This document shows positions 1 through 10,327 of a stretch of DNA of 64,000 nt, piece by piece. The notes beneath the pieces are model-generated. The model saw only the letters and a program-made list of their open reading frames with translations, searched no databases and was not told the origin of the DNA. How positions within the stretch are numbered: the first letter of the stretch is position 1; each line of letters opens with the position of its first letter. A program made the translations under genes and the position numbers. Source of the DNA: a virus (Duplodnaviria; Heunggongvirae; Uroviricota; Caudoviricetes); the IMG/VR virus record IMGVR_UViG_3300037418_003103; one strand, given 5' to 3'.

Positions 1-82
1 TTACAAATAATGTGAATTTAAAAACAAGTATCAAATTGGCCAATTAGCCTAATAACTGGGAGTGCTTTAGTCCTCTTATATT

Positions 83-862
83 TCACCCTCTATTAAATTC
101 ATTTTCTAGAGCGAGTAATAATTTACTTAAATCAGCATGATAGAACCCAGATGAATTTATATTGTTAACTTCAACTATCTTTAATTCATCATTCGAGAGG
201 CATACATCTAACACGAAAGCTCTTGCAGGCTGATAGATATCGACCATTTTCTGAGCGAAATCAACATAGAATGATTCGTCGTCATAATTTTTAAAGTCTG
301 GATTACTACCTAATTTATATCTACTTGCTGTAACTACTTTCCCACCCACAACCCAACAGCGAACTTCTTGCTGTATGTGCTTTAACTTTGAAATAAGAAC
401 TTTTGTTTCATCAGTGATTATATTTTGAGTATTATTTTCAACGCAATGAGAAACATACCATTCCCACTCATCTTTTTGATAGACTTGACCAGGGAAAACC
501 TTTGTATCCTTTGTAGGCCTGACAAAAAACGAGTCATCCTTTAAGGGAATCTTATCGGTAAAATTAATTATATATCCATCACCGTTAAGTAAGTTTTCTA
601 ATCCGTATTTCTTTGAATAAACTTCAAAGTTGTGATTTTCATTCATAAGACTACCAGGCGTCCAACCATACCTTTTATAATTTGTTCCCATGCCATAAGC
701 GCCAAAACAAAAAACATCCTTCCTTTCAGTTGTAAATTCTACTTCGTTTAGGAAAGGGATACAATTAGCCACCTCATACTCAAGTCCATAGCGTTGAAGT
801 GCTTCGGTTAACAAACCGAAGTGTACTTGCTTAAATGTATTCCTTTGGATTATATAGAACAT
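83..862 (-). CDS. ATP-grasp domain protein (DUF4343/R2K-like)
   Basis: FFVRP..TK, EVRCWVVGGKVVTASRY, FVLDV and IVEVNNINSSGFY are typical ATP-grasp motifs. Confidence 0.75.
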   Translation of the reverse strand: MFYIIQRNTFKQVHFGLLTEALQRYGLEYEVANCIPFLNEVEFTTERKDVFCFGAYGMGTNYKRYGWTPGSLMNENHNFEVYSKKYGLENLLNGDGYIINFTDKIPLKDDSFFVRPTKDTKVFPGQVYQKDEWEWYVSHCVENNTQNIITDETKVLISKLKHIQQEVRCWVVGGKVVTASRYKLGSNPDFKNYDDESFYVDFAQKMVDIYQPARAFVLDVCLSNDELKIVEVNNINSSGFYHADLSKLLLALENEFNRG

Positions 863-918
863 TTACTGTTTTAGACAAAAATACTATTAAAAATGATTAG
901 TTACAACTTTTTTATAAA

Positions 919-947
919 TAAAAAAGGCTACCAGTACTGGTAGCCCT
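919..947 (-). terminator. Intrinsic terminator after pnkp
   Basis: GGCTACCAG-TA-CTGGTAGCC hairpin followed by a T-run on the minus strand. Confidence 0.7.
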
Positions 948-966
948 ATATATGGGGGTAACAATA

Positions 967-1809
967 TTAAAAATCAGCATCAGGATCGCCAACCCTAAGC
1001 AGCGGTAGGCCCAGCTCGTACCATTTTTGACACACCTGCAGCCTGTCATCCAACACATATTCGATATTATACTGACCTCTGATATGTGCGTTGAATAGCT
1101 CCTCTTTAACAATAGAGTCCTTTCTCATATCACCTGTTGCTCTCATATAAAGATTTTCGTATATAATTCCATGCTTATTTAGGAACTTAATAGTAGGCTC
1201 TCTATATTTGTCCTCTCTACCTGATAGTAAAATAACTCTCTTACCCTCTAAAAGAGAAGCTACATGCGGATTTAGATCATCCTGATCACAAGTTGATGCG
1301 TCGTATGGATTTCTATCATTCATGAGTGCAAGAGTTCCATCCAGATCACAGATTACCGCACTTGGAAGGCCGTCAATATGCTCAATCCTTATAGGCTTAG
1401 GCCTTAAGAACTGATTATACATTTTCTTAATAACCCTCTCACCCACGGACTTATCTCTATTCAGATCATTCTTGATGCAAGTTTCAAGTGGCACATCAGT
1501 AAAGTCCTTTATAACCAGAGTAGCCTTACCCTGAATTAGCTGTCTGATTCTTGGCTCATGCTTACTGCCCAAATTGCAATCATCTACAATGACATGCTTT
1601 CCACCTTCAATAGCCATAGTAATAATTGAGTCTCTTACATTGAGAATAAATTTCTCTGAGTCCTCGGAGTGTTTTGAATTATCAAGCATGGCTCTCAAAT
1701 CATCCTTATTAACTCTCTTATAAGTGTTAGGGTGTTTTTTAATAACTTCTTTTGCCCATGTTGACTTCCCGCTTCCTGGGAGTCCTTTTGTCATTGTAAC
1801 TGTAACCAT
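967..1809 (-). CDS. pseT: Polynucleotide 5'-kinase/3'-phosphatase (T4 PseT-like)
   Basis: N-terminal P-loop GLPGSGKSTWA and NKDDLR; C-terminal HAD domain DLDGTLA and LDDR. Confidence 0.93.
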   Translation of the reverse strand: MVTVTMTKGLPGSGKSTWAKEVIKKHPNTYKRVNKDDLRAMLDNSKHSEDSEKFILNVRDSIITMAIEGGKHVIVDDCNLGSKHEPRIRQLIQGKATLVIKDFTDVPLETCIKNDLNRDKSVGERVIKKMYNQFLRPKPIRIEHIDGLPSAVICDLDGTLALMNDRNPYDASTCDQDDLNPHVASLLEGKRVILLSGREDKYREPTIKFLNKHGIIYENLYMRATGDMRKDSIVKEELFNAHIRGQYNIEYVLDDRLQVCQKWYELGLPLLRVGDPDADF

Positions 1810-2370
1810 AATTATTATTTAATATTTTTTAAACCAATGAAGCTTGTGTGAATTCAACTTTATTCCTTTTTGCTTCAATACTTTGTATGCGTTCTGATAG
1901 GTCTGCAAGAAATATTTGGCCACGCAAACCAATTTCATTCTGTGATTGGCCTATATTATTATCCATCCATTGCAACATAAAACATTGGCGGCCTAAATCG
2001 TCTTTTTTTGAAAGAACAGTAATATATACGATTGACCAATCGTATTCTTCTGCTAATATTTTCATTGAAAAATTTATTTATTTTAATAAATCCAATAAAG
2101 CTTGTTTATAACCTTCATACTTTTCAGGAAATATATAAGCCATCATTCCTGTATTGGCTGCATATTTTTTGCTTTATCTTCAATAGTTTTTTCATCAAGA
2201 GATATTTTTTTACTTTCTTTTATTAATGACTCAAGCAATCTCATTTCATATGTCTCAATAGCTGCACGGGTCATATCATTACTTCCCTCACTAACTGCTA
2301 TTTGTTCTTTATAAAATTTAATCTTGTCTTTTATTTCTATGATAGGAATAATAATATGTGTATTCATAAT

Positions 2371-3051
2371 TTAATATTTATATTCTCCTACTAATTCAAT
2401 TTTATTTTCAGAGTTAATTATTGTTTTTAGTAAAGAATGTTTTTTAATATACTCTTGATACTCAGTTTTAGCTAATCCTTCATCATGACCATATATACCT
2501 AATTCTCGTTCGATATCTTCAATTGATTTATCTTCAGAAATAAATTCTTTAGGTAATTGTTGAGTAGATAGTGATTGAATATATTGTTCAGCCTTTTCTT
2601 TTGCATAAATTTCTTTAGGGATGCCCCAAGTATTAAACAATTCAATTAATGCACCTGCAATAAAGCATTTTCTAATATCTTCTAAACTAAATTGTTTATC
2701 TGCTTGTGCTGCTTTATATCCTGCAACAAAACCAGTCCTTATAGCTATATTAAGTTCTAAGTGTTTTGCTTCAGTTAAAGGATATCTTTTATCTGCCAAT
2801 TCTTCGATGTTATCTTCTGTTTTAAAAGGGCTAGGAAGTAATGGCAATCCTTCAAGTTCTTTAGCTTCTTTTGTAAGAGGATAATAAGCGATTAACTTTG
2901 TACCTCCATCAGATAAACCTGATACAAAAGCTCCTTTTTGGAAAATGGTATTCCTATCTTTTGATAAAATACAATCGTATCCTTCTTTTATTTCAGCATC
3001 CTCATCTACAAGAAGAAGGTAATCAGATGTTACTATTAAACTATTTTTCAT
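2371..3051 (-). CDS. Hypothetical protein
   Basis: 226-aa ORF co-oriented with its neighbours; no recognised motif. Confidence 0.6.
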   Translation of the reverse strand: MKNSLIVTSDYLLLVDEDAEIKEGYDCILSKDRNTIFQKGAFVSGLSDGGTKLIAYYPLTKEAKELEGLPLLPSPFKTEDNIEELADKRYPLTEAKHLELNIAIRTGFVAGYKAAQADKQFSLEDIRKCFIAGALIELFNTWGIPKEIYAKEKAEQYIQSLSTQQLPKEFISEDKSIEDIERELGIYGHDEGLAKTEYQEYIKKHSLLKTIINSENKIELVGEYKY

Positions 3052-3225
3052 ACTTATTTATTTTTTCCATAAACATGCTATAGGCGTCCATTCCCATATA
3101 CCTCATATAACAATACGTATCAAAATTATCCTTCGTTCTATATTTTTCTGGTATCAAATTCCATTCATTGCTAAAAGGATGAATGAAAACTAACTTATTA
3201 TAGTCATTAATCAGTCCTACATCCA

Positions 3226-3543
3226 TTATTTTAATAATGATTTTAATTTCTTTTTAACAGCATTCTTATAAAAGGTTAAGACCTTTATGTGTTTATTATC
3301 AGAATTATATAATTTTTTTAAAGTCAAAGACTTAGTAAACTGATCTTCTGCATACTCACACAATCTACAGTATAAAAATAATCTCATCTGACTATCTAAA
3401 TGTTGTAGTTTTTTAACTACTGTTGAGTACTTATTTAACCCCTTGCTAACATAACGTGTTAACTTATCTTCGTTAATTTCATTTAATAGCTCGACTAAAA
3501 CAATTTCACACCTGCTATCACCGAAAGTATTTTTATTTAGCAT
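3226..3543 (-). CDS. Hypothetical protein, local NxFG-S paralog family
   Basis: Begins MLNKNTFGDS; aligns by eye with 3547-3862 and 4767-5096. Confidence 0.65.
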   Translation of the reverse strand: MLNKNTFGDSRCEIVLVELLNEINEDKLTRYVSKGLNKYSTVVKKLQHLDSQMRLFLYCRLCEYAEDQFTKSLTLKKLYNSDNKHIKVLTFYKNAVKKKLKSLLK

Positions 3544-3546
3544 AAA

Positions 3547-3862
3547 TTATTTAATTATTTCACGTAATCTTTTACGCACACAACTTTTAAAAAAAGTTAT
3601 TAATTGCTCGTGCTGGCCACCCTTAATTCTTAATTGATTTAATAAATAAGATGACTCTAGCTCGTCATTCACCCCTTTATAAACTATCTTATACAAATAT
3701 CCTTTCGTGGCTGAATCCAATAACTTTAATTTTTTAGCTAATATAGAATATTTTGTTAGTTTATGACCTATTCTATGATTTAGTTTACCATCATCAATCT
3801 CGTTCAGTATTTTAACAAAGAGTTATTTCTGATTTTGTACTACCGAAGGTATTTTTATCCAT
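3547..3862 (-). pseudogene. Frameshifted paralog of 3226-3543
   Basis: MDKNTFGSTKSEITL, then a frame change at a T4 run (3817-3820) to VKILNEIDDGKL...RKRLREIIK*; span 316 nt = 3n+1. Confidence 0.7.
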
Positions 3863-3875
3863 TGTCTACATTTTT

Positions 3876-4691
3876 TTATTTTTGGCCACCAAGAGTTATT
3901 AATTTTAACTCAGGTGTTGAAAGCCACTGTTTAATTTTTTCAACACTAAACCAACCATAAGTTTCATGATCCCCATAATTTACCCAATACATTATGTCGT
4001 ATTTAGTACCTGTCTCCTTTTTTTTCTCCTCTCTTTTTACCGAATCTTCATAATTAATCCATTTTGGCGATAGTGCAACCCAGTACTTGCTTGACTTCCT
4101 GGCCTTTTCTTTTAATTGAGACAAGCCAATCTTTTTTTCGTACTTGATTAAATCAGATTTAGATTTATCCTTGTTATACATTTCGTCTAAGGCTTCTTTT
4201 GGAAGTTTAGATGCTATACATACACAAAGGCTAGTTCCCGAAAAGACAGGTATTTTATCTGAAATAAACGCAATGGCTATGTCTTTTTTATCAAACGCTT
4301 CTTTTAATACTCGAAGGTATTTAATAGGCCCAACAATTCCAAAACTATTTTCATCCCAGGCACAATTTATTTCTCCTATGGTATATTTATCAGGTATATG
4401 CAAGTCGTAAGGAAGAGAATCTTTAAAGCTGGCATTATTAATCCCATCATTTTTCCATGAGGATTGAACTATTAACAACGCAATGTCTTTATCTTCCTTA
4501 TAAACAACACAGTCGTTTTTTGTTATTTTCCTTCCTTTGATACCCAACTTTGAGATATCTATTCCAAGATTGGCGCGAATTCCGTTTATTCCCCACTCAT
4601 GTTCTGAACAGAAATCATAACCTAAAGAAATAGCAATCAACATGCCATCTGGATCTGTGATTATTTTTTTGTTGTTATAAGTTTTACGCAT
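3876..4691 (-). CDS. Conserved-type phage hypothetical protein
   Basis: 271-aa ORF with an LGYDFCSEHEWGI motif. Confidence 0.65.
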   Translation of the reverse strand: MRKTYNNKKIITDPDGMLIAISLGYDFCSEHEWGINGIRANLGIDISKLGIKGRKITKNDCVVYKEDKDIALLIVQSSWKNDGINNASFKDSLPYDLHIPDKYTIGEINCAWDENSFGIVGPIKYLRVLKEAFDKKDIAIAFISDKIPVFSGTSLCVCIASKLPKEALDEMYNKDKSKSDLIKYEKKIGLSQLKEKARKSSKYWVALSPKWINYEDSVKREEKKKETGTKYDIMYWVNYGDHETYGWFSVEKIKQWLSTPELKLITLGGQK

Positions 4692-4766
4692 GTTTTTATA
4701 TTTTCTTTTTAATAAATGTATTTACCAACCAGTTCTTTTTCTTTTGTTATGCGATATTTTTCTAAG

Positions 4767-5096
4767 TCATTTTTTTTCTTTCATTATTAATTTTTTAAGC
4801 CGTGTATGAATAACACAATCAAGATATGTTAGAGTTTTTTTATTATACTCGCTTTTATCCTCAAAGTCAGCTAGTGTCTTAGAAGCTGCCCTGGTTTCTT
4901 TATAATGCTTTAATAATACTTCATAAAGAAACCTTTTTTGTTTAGACGTTTGATTTTTTAAACCATTTATCACTTCAGATAAATTGGTTAGGTATTTGAC
5001 AACAAATCTAAATGTTTTTTTATCACCAGATTCTATTAAACCAGTAGCCAATGAAGTTGCTGCCTTGCTATTACCAAACATATTTGTAGCTGCCAT
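4767..5096 (-). CDS. Hypothetical protein, NxFG-S paralog family (likely start MAATNMFGNS)
   Basis: Shares NxFG-S, FLY and C-terminal basic helix pattern with 3226-3543. Confidence 0.55.
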   Translation of the reverse strand: MAATNMFGNSKAATSLATGLIESGDKKTFRFVVKYLTNLSEVINGLKNQTSKQKRFLYEVLLKHYKETRAASKTLADFEDKSEYNKKTLTYLDCVIHTRLKKLIMKEKK

Positions 5097-5130
5097 ATCT
5101 ATATTTTTAGACAAATATAAGATAATATTT

Positions 5131-5826
5131 CTAATAAAAAAATTTTTTTTTATTATTGGACTCAAATAACTTAACCTCTAATGAATTTTGGAGTGGTTTA
5201 ATAGGCGCTACAGGATACTTGGTGAGTTCATTATTTTCATATAGCTTATTCATTCGTTGTCTTAAGCCATTAATATATTCCTGAATATCTTCCTGCTTAA
5301 TAAATTCATCTGGATGAGTAAACAAGTATTTAATATAAGATCTCTTAGGAAGTCTATTATCAAGTAACTCATCAGCGAAATAAAGACATCTGCATATATG
5401 GAACAATTTATTCTTCCCCTTGTCTTCAGTTAGATCCTTATAATCCCTCTTAGCAAACCCAATAAATGCCTTAATTATATTGTATGTTCTAAGAATATTT
5501 ATTTGTTCTTCAGAGGTCCATTTTTTTGTGTCATACAAAATAACATCGGCGTTAATGATTGAATCACCTGAGAATAAGTTGGACCAAAATTGATTAGGCG
5601 TAGAAAAGACGTACTGAGTATTATTCTCTTTGTCATCATATTGAAAGGTATGTAAGTTAGGTAAAAAAAGATCAGACTCATGGAACGACGTGTATCCCAC
5701 TAGATAATCAGTATCCGAGTCAGCAGTATTAGTTTCATATAATCTGGAACCAATAAGTTTCTTGCCAGAAAAATGAGGAGCTGACATGATGAAGTCAAAC
5801 TCCTCCTTTGTTATTTTAATATTCAT
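5131..5826 (-). CDS. DNA polymerase beta-superfamily nucleotidyltransferase
   Basis: GSRLY...DSDTDY (GS/DxD) motif; C-terminal KLFHICR helix. Confidence 0.8.
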   Translation of the reverse strand: MNIKITKEEFDFIMSAPHFSGKKLIGSRLYETNTADSDTDYLVGYTSFHESDLFLPNLHTFQYDDKENNTQYVFSTPNQFWSNLFSGDSIINADVILYDTKKWTSEEQINILRTYNIIKAFIGFAKRDYKDLTEDKGKNKLFHICRCLYFADELLDNRLPKRSYIKYLFTHPDEFIKQEDIQEYINGLRQRMNKLYENNELTKYPVAPIKPLQNSLEVKLFESNNKKKFFY

Positions 5827-5829
5827 TTC

Positions 5830-7947
5830 TTATACTATTTTAACAAATGGCTTAGAGAACTCAGGCCTGATCATTTTCCAAATTTGTTTATCAAGAGCAT
5901 CAGAATAAGAATTAAGCCTGGTAAATAAAAGACTAGTATTCTTGTTTAACTTTGCTGCCTCAGCAAAAGCCTTTCTATTAACAATCTTATAGAAATCCTC
6001 TTCTACCTCAAGCCGAATTATTTCATACTGATGAATGAGTTCATTTGAAGTGTCATGCAACCAGTTAAAAAATTCGTCAGGTACTCTATCCAATAATTCA
6101 TCAAATGGCTTACCCTCTGATAGGTATTCCCAAACGGCTAGATTGGACACCCCTGTAACAATTCGATGCAGTCTGATATACTCATCGAATTTAACCTTAA
6201 CTCTAAATCCATTACTGAACTTAACAACAAACCCTTCTTTATTCTCCTCTTCAAGAGCCTTCAATTCACTTAAGTCATTTACTCCATCATACCTCTTAAC
6301 AATAGGTAAACCTATATCTTCTAATGGAAGATCCAGACCAGTAGCTGTATCTCTAACAGCGATAAGAATCAGATCATCCATTTCACCATATCCACACACG
6401 ATTCTATTTTCAGGATATATGATCTCCACAAGATATGTTTTAGACTTATCCATCTTATATTTTATATCCTTATACTTAGTATGAAGTATTCTATTTGCAT
6501 GCCTGGATTGATCCGAGTTAAAGCTACCCTTAGTTGCTATGTAAATCTCATCATTCAGCCAGTAAAAAATACCAAGCGAATTGTGTACTAATATTCCTTT
6601 TGCAAAATAATTTTTTGTTTCTGTTCCAATATCAAATCCTTTTCTTCCAGACGGAAAATTCCTTTTTGTGCTCTCAATCTTATTAATTGATAAAATTTTC
6701 TTTTCAACTAATTTAAATGATGCTTTACATTCTTTAATTAAATTTTTAAAACCATACGGTTTATCTCTATAAAGGAGTGGTAATTTATACCTCATACATG
6801 GAATTATATATGGCTCAATCGCTTCCCAAAAATTTGTAATTGAATTATCTTTAGACTTGTTTATTCTTATAACCCAACCCTTATGATAGTGAACATTAAA
6901 ATCGATTTGATACATTTCATATAATTTATTACCCAAACGATAACATTCATCTTCCGTAAATGAATTTGTTGCAAATAACGCACGGTCTTCTTGTTTTTCA
7001 CTATGTATAAGAGAACCATCATCCATATACCATTTTGCAACGGTAAAGTCATTAACCCAAGATAAATCTTCAGGTATTATTTTCTTACCTTCTGGATACC
7101 ATAAATCTCTCAATTCTGTTAATTCTGGGTATTCTTTTGTTACGAACCAATGTAATTGGCTACCATAACCAGATACTGATGTTTTTCTTTTAGCTGTATA
7201 ATCTACAAATATTGATTTAAAATAATTTACATATTCCTTATAGTTTTCAGTGTGTGGTTCACTATACTTATGGCCATTAATTCCTTTAACAATACATCCA
7301 TCCCCTAATAAACCTGACTTTATAATATGTAATAAAGGTTCAGGCATTGAATTAGCAAATGTCGATATGCTATCCCCAACTTCACACTCAAATGCAGGTT
7401 TATATTTACCATTAACAAATATATGATGATTATCAGTTACTCTAATAATATTAGGCTTATTAGCACCACCAGATTTTTTTGAAACAGGACAATCTACAGT
7501 AATAGCTAGCCAATTGTTTTTTGTTCCGTTGTCAAAATGTTCTATTACTTTAGACGGTACTAAATTACCCTCTTCATCCATACCTATTAACGTGGGCGTC
7601 AATTTCTTATTGACAATATCGCCTATTAATAATGTTGTACCATCCCAACATTGAATTGGTGTGTCGAACCTAAAGCAACCGTCCATCTTCTCATATACTT
7701 CAAAAGGTAGGTTAGGTATATCCTCAGGTTTGTGTTCAGATATATTAAAGAATTTACTGAAAGGACGAGCAATGATATTCATATCTCCATCCATTATAAG
7801 GCCACGAGTTATGGTTGTAACTTCATCCCATAACTTCATGAACTGAACTTTTTGAGAATAATTATAAATATATAACTCAGCAGATGGATGTTTTTGAACA
7901 TTCACCAGTCTATCTTCAATGTGTCTTAATAGTAATTCTTTATTCAT
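5830..7947 (-). CDS. T4 Rnl1-like RNA ligase interrupted by an intein
   Basis: RGLI, RPFSKFFN, motif I YEKMDG|SLG, ATKGSF, EIIYPENRIV, EGFVV, RVKVK. Confidence 0.92.
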   Translation of the reverse strand: MNKELLLRHIEDRLVNVQKHPSAELYIYNYSQKVQFMKLWDEVTTITRGLIMDGDMNIIARPFSKFFNISEHKPEDIPNLPFEVYEKMDGCFRFDTPIQCWDGTTLLIGDIVNKKLTPTLIGMDEEGNLVPSKVIEHFDNGTKNNWLAITVDCPVSKKSGGANKPNIIRVTDNHHIFVNGKYKPAFECEVGDSISTFANSMPEPLLHIIKSGLLGDGCIVKGINGHKYSEPHTENYKEYVNYFKSIFVDYTAKRKTSVSGYGSQLHWFVTKEYPELTELRDLWYPEGKKIIPEDLSWVNDFTVAKWYMDDGSLIHSEKQEDRALFATNSFTEDECYRLGNKLYEMYQIDFNVHYHKGWVIRINKSKDNSITNFWEAIEPYIIPCMRYKLPLLYRDKPYGFKNLIKECKASFKLVEKKILSINKIESTKRNFPSGRKGFDIGTETKNYFAKGILVHNSLGIFYWLNDEIYIATKGSFNSDQSRHANRILHTKYKDIKYKMDKSKTYLVEIIYPENRIVCGYGEMDDLILIAVRDTATGLDLPLEDIGLPIVKRYDGVNDLSELKALEEENKEGFVVKFSNGFRVKVKFDEYIRLHRIVTGVSNLAVWEYLSEGKPFDELLDRVPDEFFNWLHDTSNELIHQYEIIRLEVEEDFYKIVNRKAFAEAAKLNKNTSLLFTRLNSYSDALDKQIWKMIRPEFSKPFVKIV
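6580..7677 (-). mobile_element. Intein with LAGLIDADG homing endonuclease (366 aa)
   Basis: Starts at Cys91 (CFRFDT), block B VTDNHHIF, motifs GLLGDG and WYMDDG, ends ILVHN followed by Ser. Confidence 0.93.
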
Positions 7948-7951
7948 AAAG

Positions 7952-7959
7952 CAAAGATA
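7952..7959 (-). promoter_or_regulatory. Bacteroidota sigma-A -7 box (TATCTTTG) upstream of rnl1
   Basis: Matches TAnnTTTG; the same box occurs at 876, 14789, 17956, 29780, 30315, 33750, 37872, 41818 and 49488. Confidence 0.7.
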
Positions 7960-8766
7960 AGATTATTTATTTAAATAACAAAATCATCTTCATATTGTCT
8001 TATATGATGTTCCAATTCGTAGTACATTTCTTTTAACAATCTTCCAAGAGTCGCTTCATCAGAATATTTTATTGATTCAAGAGTTATATTTTGAATTGAT
8101 TTAAAGCATTGAGGCGTTCGCTTTCGCTTCTCAAACTCAAAGCCTGGTTTAATTTTTTTAAATCCCAAATCGTACATTGTAACCAGACAATCAAATCTGA
8201 TTTCAATCATTTTTCTCTTAGCCTGTTCATTATCAGGCACTAGTGTTATCTCTGTGTTCATGGTAGTTACATTCAATGTAATCTTCTAGATCTATATCTA
8301 TTTGTTTTAAAAAATCATTTATGTAAGGATCAAAAATAGGCCCCGAAAGTCCATCATTAGATAGTATGTACTTGGGCATCGCTATTTCTAAAATATACGC
8401 TTTCATTTTAATAAAATGAGCAATTACTGGATCGTTCAGAAATCTATCATGAATTTTTTTCAATTCAATTTGATTAGGCTGTATACTACTCATTTGAAAT
8501 GTCTTTGTTACTCAAGTAATTATATATTTCAAAAGCTATCGAATAAATCTCTTCCAAGTCTTTCTTTGCATCCAAAGTCGGACCTCCCGTTAGAATAAGG
8601 ATATCGACCACATTATCTGTCAAGTCTGATAAGTTTGTTACTGGAAATGTTATTTTTTCTTTTCTTGTATCATTTAAAAAGTCTGAAGCCACATTTACAT
8701 GTGGAGTTATTACTTGGTACCTTTTACTTCTCGTGGTAAACCAATCGAGTAGTTCAACTAGAATAT

Positions 8767-9288
8767 TCATTTTAGATCTATTTTTAAACCCATTTCTTTA
8801 AGAGCCAAAACGGCTTCTGCGTTCCCCAGGCAATCATCAATGGGGTTATGCGTGTGGGATGTTTTACGTAATATTTCCTTCCATTTTGAGAAGGCATCCA
8901 TCTTCATTCCACAATACAAATCACCGATTCGTCTTGCTGAATAACCAAAAGGGTTTCTCCCTAAAAAATAATGAAAGTAAAAATTAATCCATGCGAAATC
9001 ATACCCTGGATTATCTGTAATTAAGATTGGCCTTCCCTTAGAATTTGCTAATATCCATTCTTCAAACTTAATCATGACCTCCTTAGGATCATCAAAAGAC
9101 TCATGCTCCTGGCGTGAAAATCCACTAATAGATAAGCTCTCTGCATTATAGGTTGTAGAGATAGGCCTAGTCTTTCCATAAAATGTCTTGCTGAGACTAG
9201 GTTCAATTAAAACAGCACCAAAACACACCATAGAATTTATATGTTGCATGGGTCCATCTGACTCAACATCTACACTAAAATAACTCAT
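8767..9288 (-). CDS. DEDDh 3'-5' exonuclease
   Basis: VDVESDG, NPGYDFAW and HNPIDD motifs. Confidence 0.85.
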   Translation of the reverse strand: MSYFSVDVESDGPMQHINSMVCFGAVLIEPSLSKTFYGKTRPISTTYNAESLSISGFSRQEHESFDDPKEVMIKFEEWILANSKGRPILITDNPGYDFAWINFYFHYFLGRNPFGYSARRIGDLYCGMKMDAFSKWKEILRKTSHTHNPIDDCLGNAEAVLALKEMGLKIDLK

Positions 9289-9571
9289 ATTAATATTTTA
9301 AAATTATTACTCTCTCCAGCCTATAATATCATTTAATTCATTAGAATCAAACAAATGAACTTCTATCAACCAGCCTCCATCCCAGTATTCTTCACAAGGA
9401 ATTACATCTGACCCCCATTTGCCTGGTTTGTTTGGGTTTGGTACTACTTTAAATGGATAATAAGTTGGCGTAGCTAGGCCTGTCTTACCATCTGAATCTA
9501 TTACTTTTAGAAGCTTATTGGGTGGCACCATATCAATAGGATACCACCCTTCAGGTAGTTTATTCATTTTG

Positions 9572-10009
9572 TTATTTTAATAAGTCTTGAAGCTGTTTGT
9601 TATCGAATGAACCTTTGAAATTCTTATTAAAGTGTTGCATAACAGCCGCTATTAGCCTATCAGGACTCGTTGCTTTAACTTTTTCTATCTCGGCAACCAT
9701 TTCCTCATTTGTCATCTGCGTAGGCAGGAACGCCTTTAAAACGCCTATTTCTTGTAATTCAGCTGTTATATGCTCCTGAGCAGAAGTAGATGCATTCTGA
9801 GCATAGAGGTCAATTGCTTGATTTCTCTTCTTAACCTCAGAGGATAGAATACTAATAATATCCTGATCGCTTATTTCCTTACCTGCGTTTTTTTTATCAG
9901 CCTTCCACTCAGAAATCCTGGACTTAACTATGCCAAGCGTATTTTTCTTAATACTATCCTTTGCCTTGTAAGCCTCCAAAAAAGACTCTTCTATTCTTTT
10001 ATTTAACAT
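9572..10009 (-). CDS. GatB/YqeY domain protein
   Basis: AYKAKD, EVKKRNQAIDLY, ELQEIGVLKAFLPTQMT. Confidence 0.85.
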   Translation of the reverse strand: MLNKRIEESFLEAYKAKDSIKKNTLGIVKSRISEWKADKKNAGKEISDQDIISILSSEVKKRNQAIDLYAQNASTSAQEHITAELQEIGVLKAFLPTQMTNEEMVAEIEKVKATSPDRLIAAVMQHFNKNFKGSFDNKQLQDLLK

Positions 10010-10327
10010 TTACTTTATTTTTATTTAATTATTATTTCTGGAGGGTACTTATGTATAAAATATATGATAATCATTAAAATAGTAAGTAATACCAATTTCC
10101 ATGGCCAGTCTGGCTTTCGTATTTTATTGTATTCTTCATACTCAGATGTTCCTGGCGTTTCTTCTAACGAAGGATAAAAATAGCATAAAATAATATTAAA
10201 TATATTTACCATTCAAGATTCGTTTTTTACGTATTGTATACTCTTGCAAGCTTTGCTTTAACCCGTTTATATGGGTTATACAAGAAACCTTGTATTTAGG
10301 AATTTCTGAAAAATATGATTCATTTGC

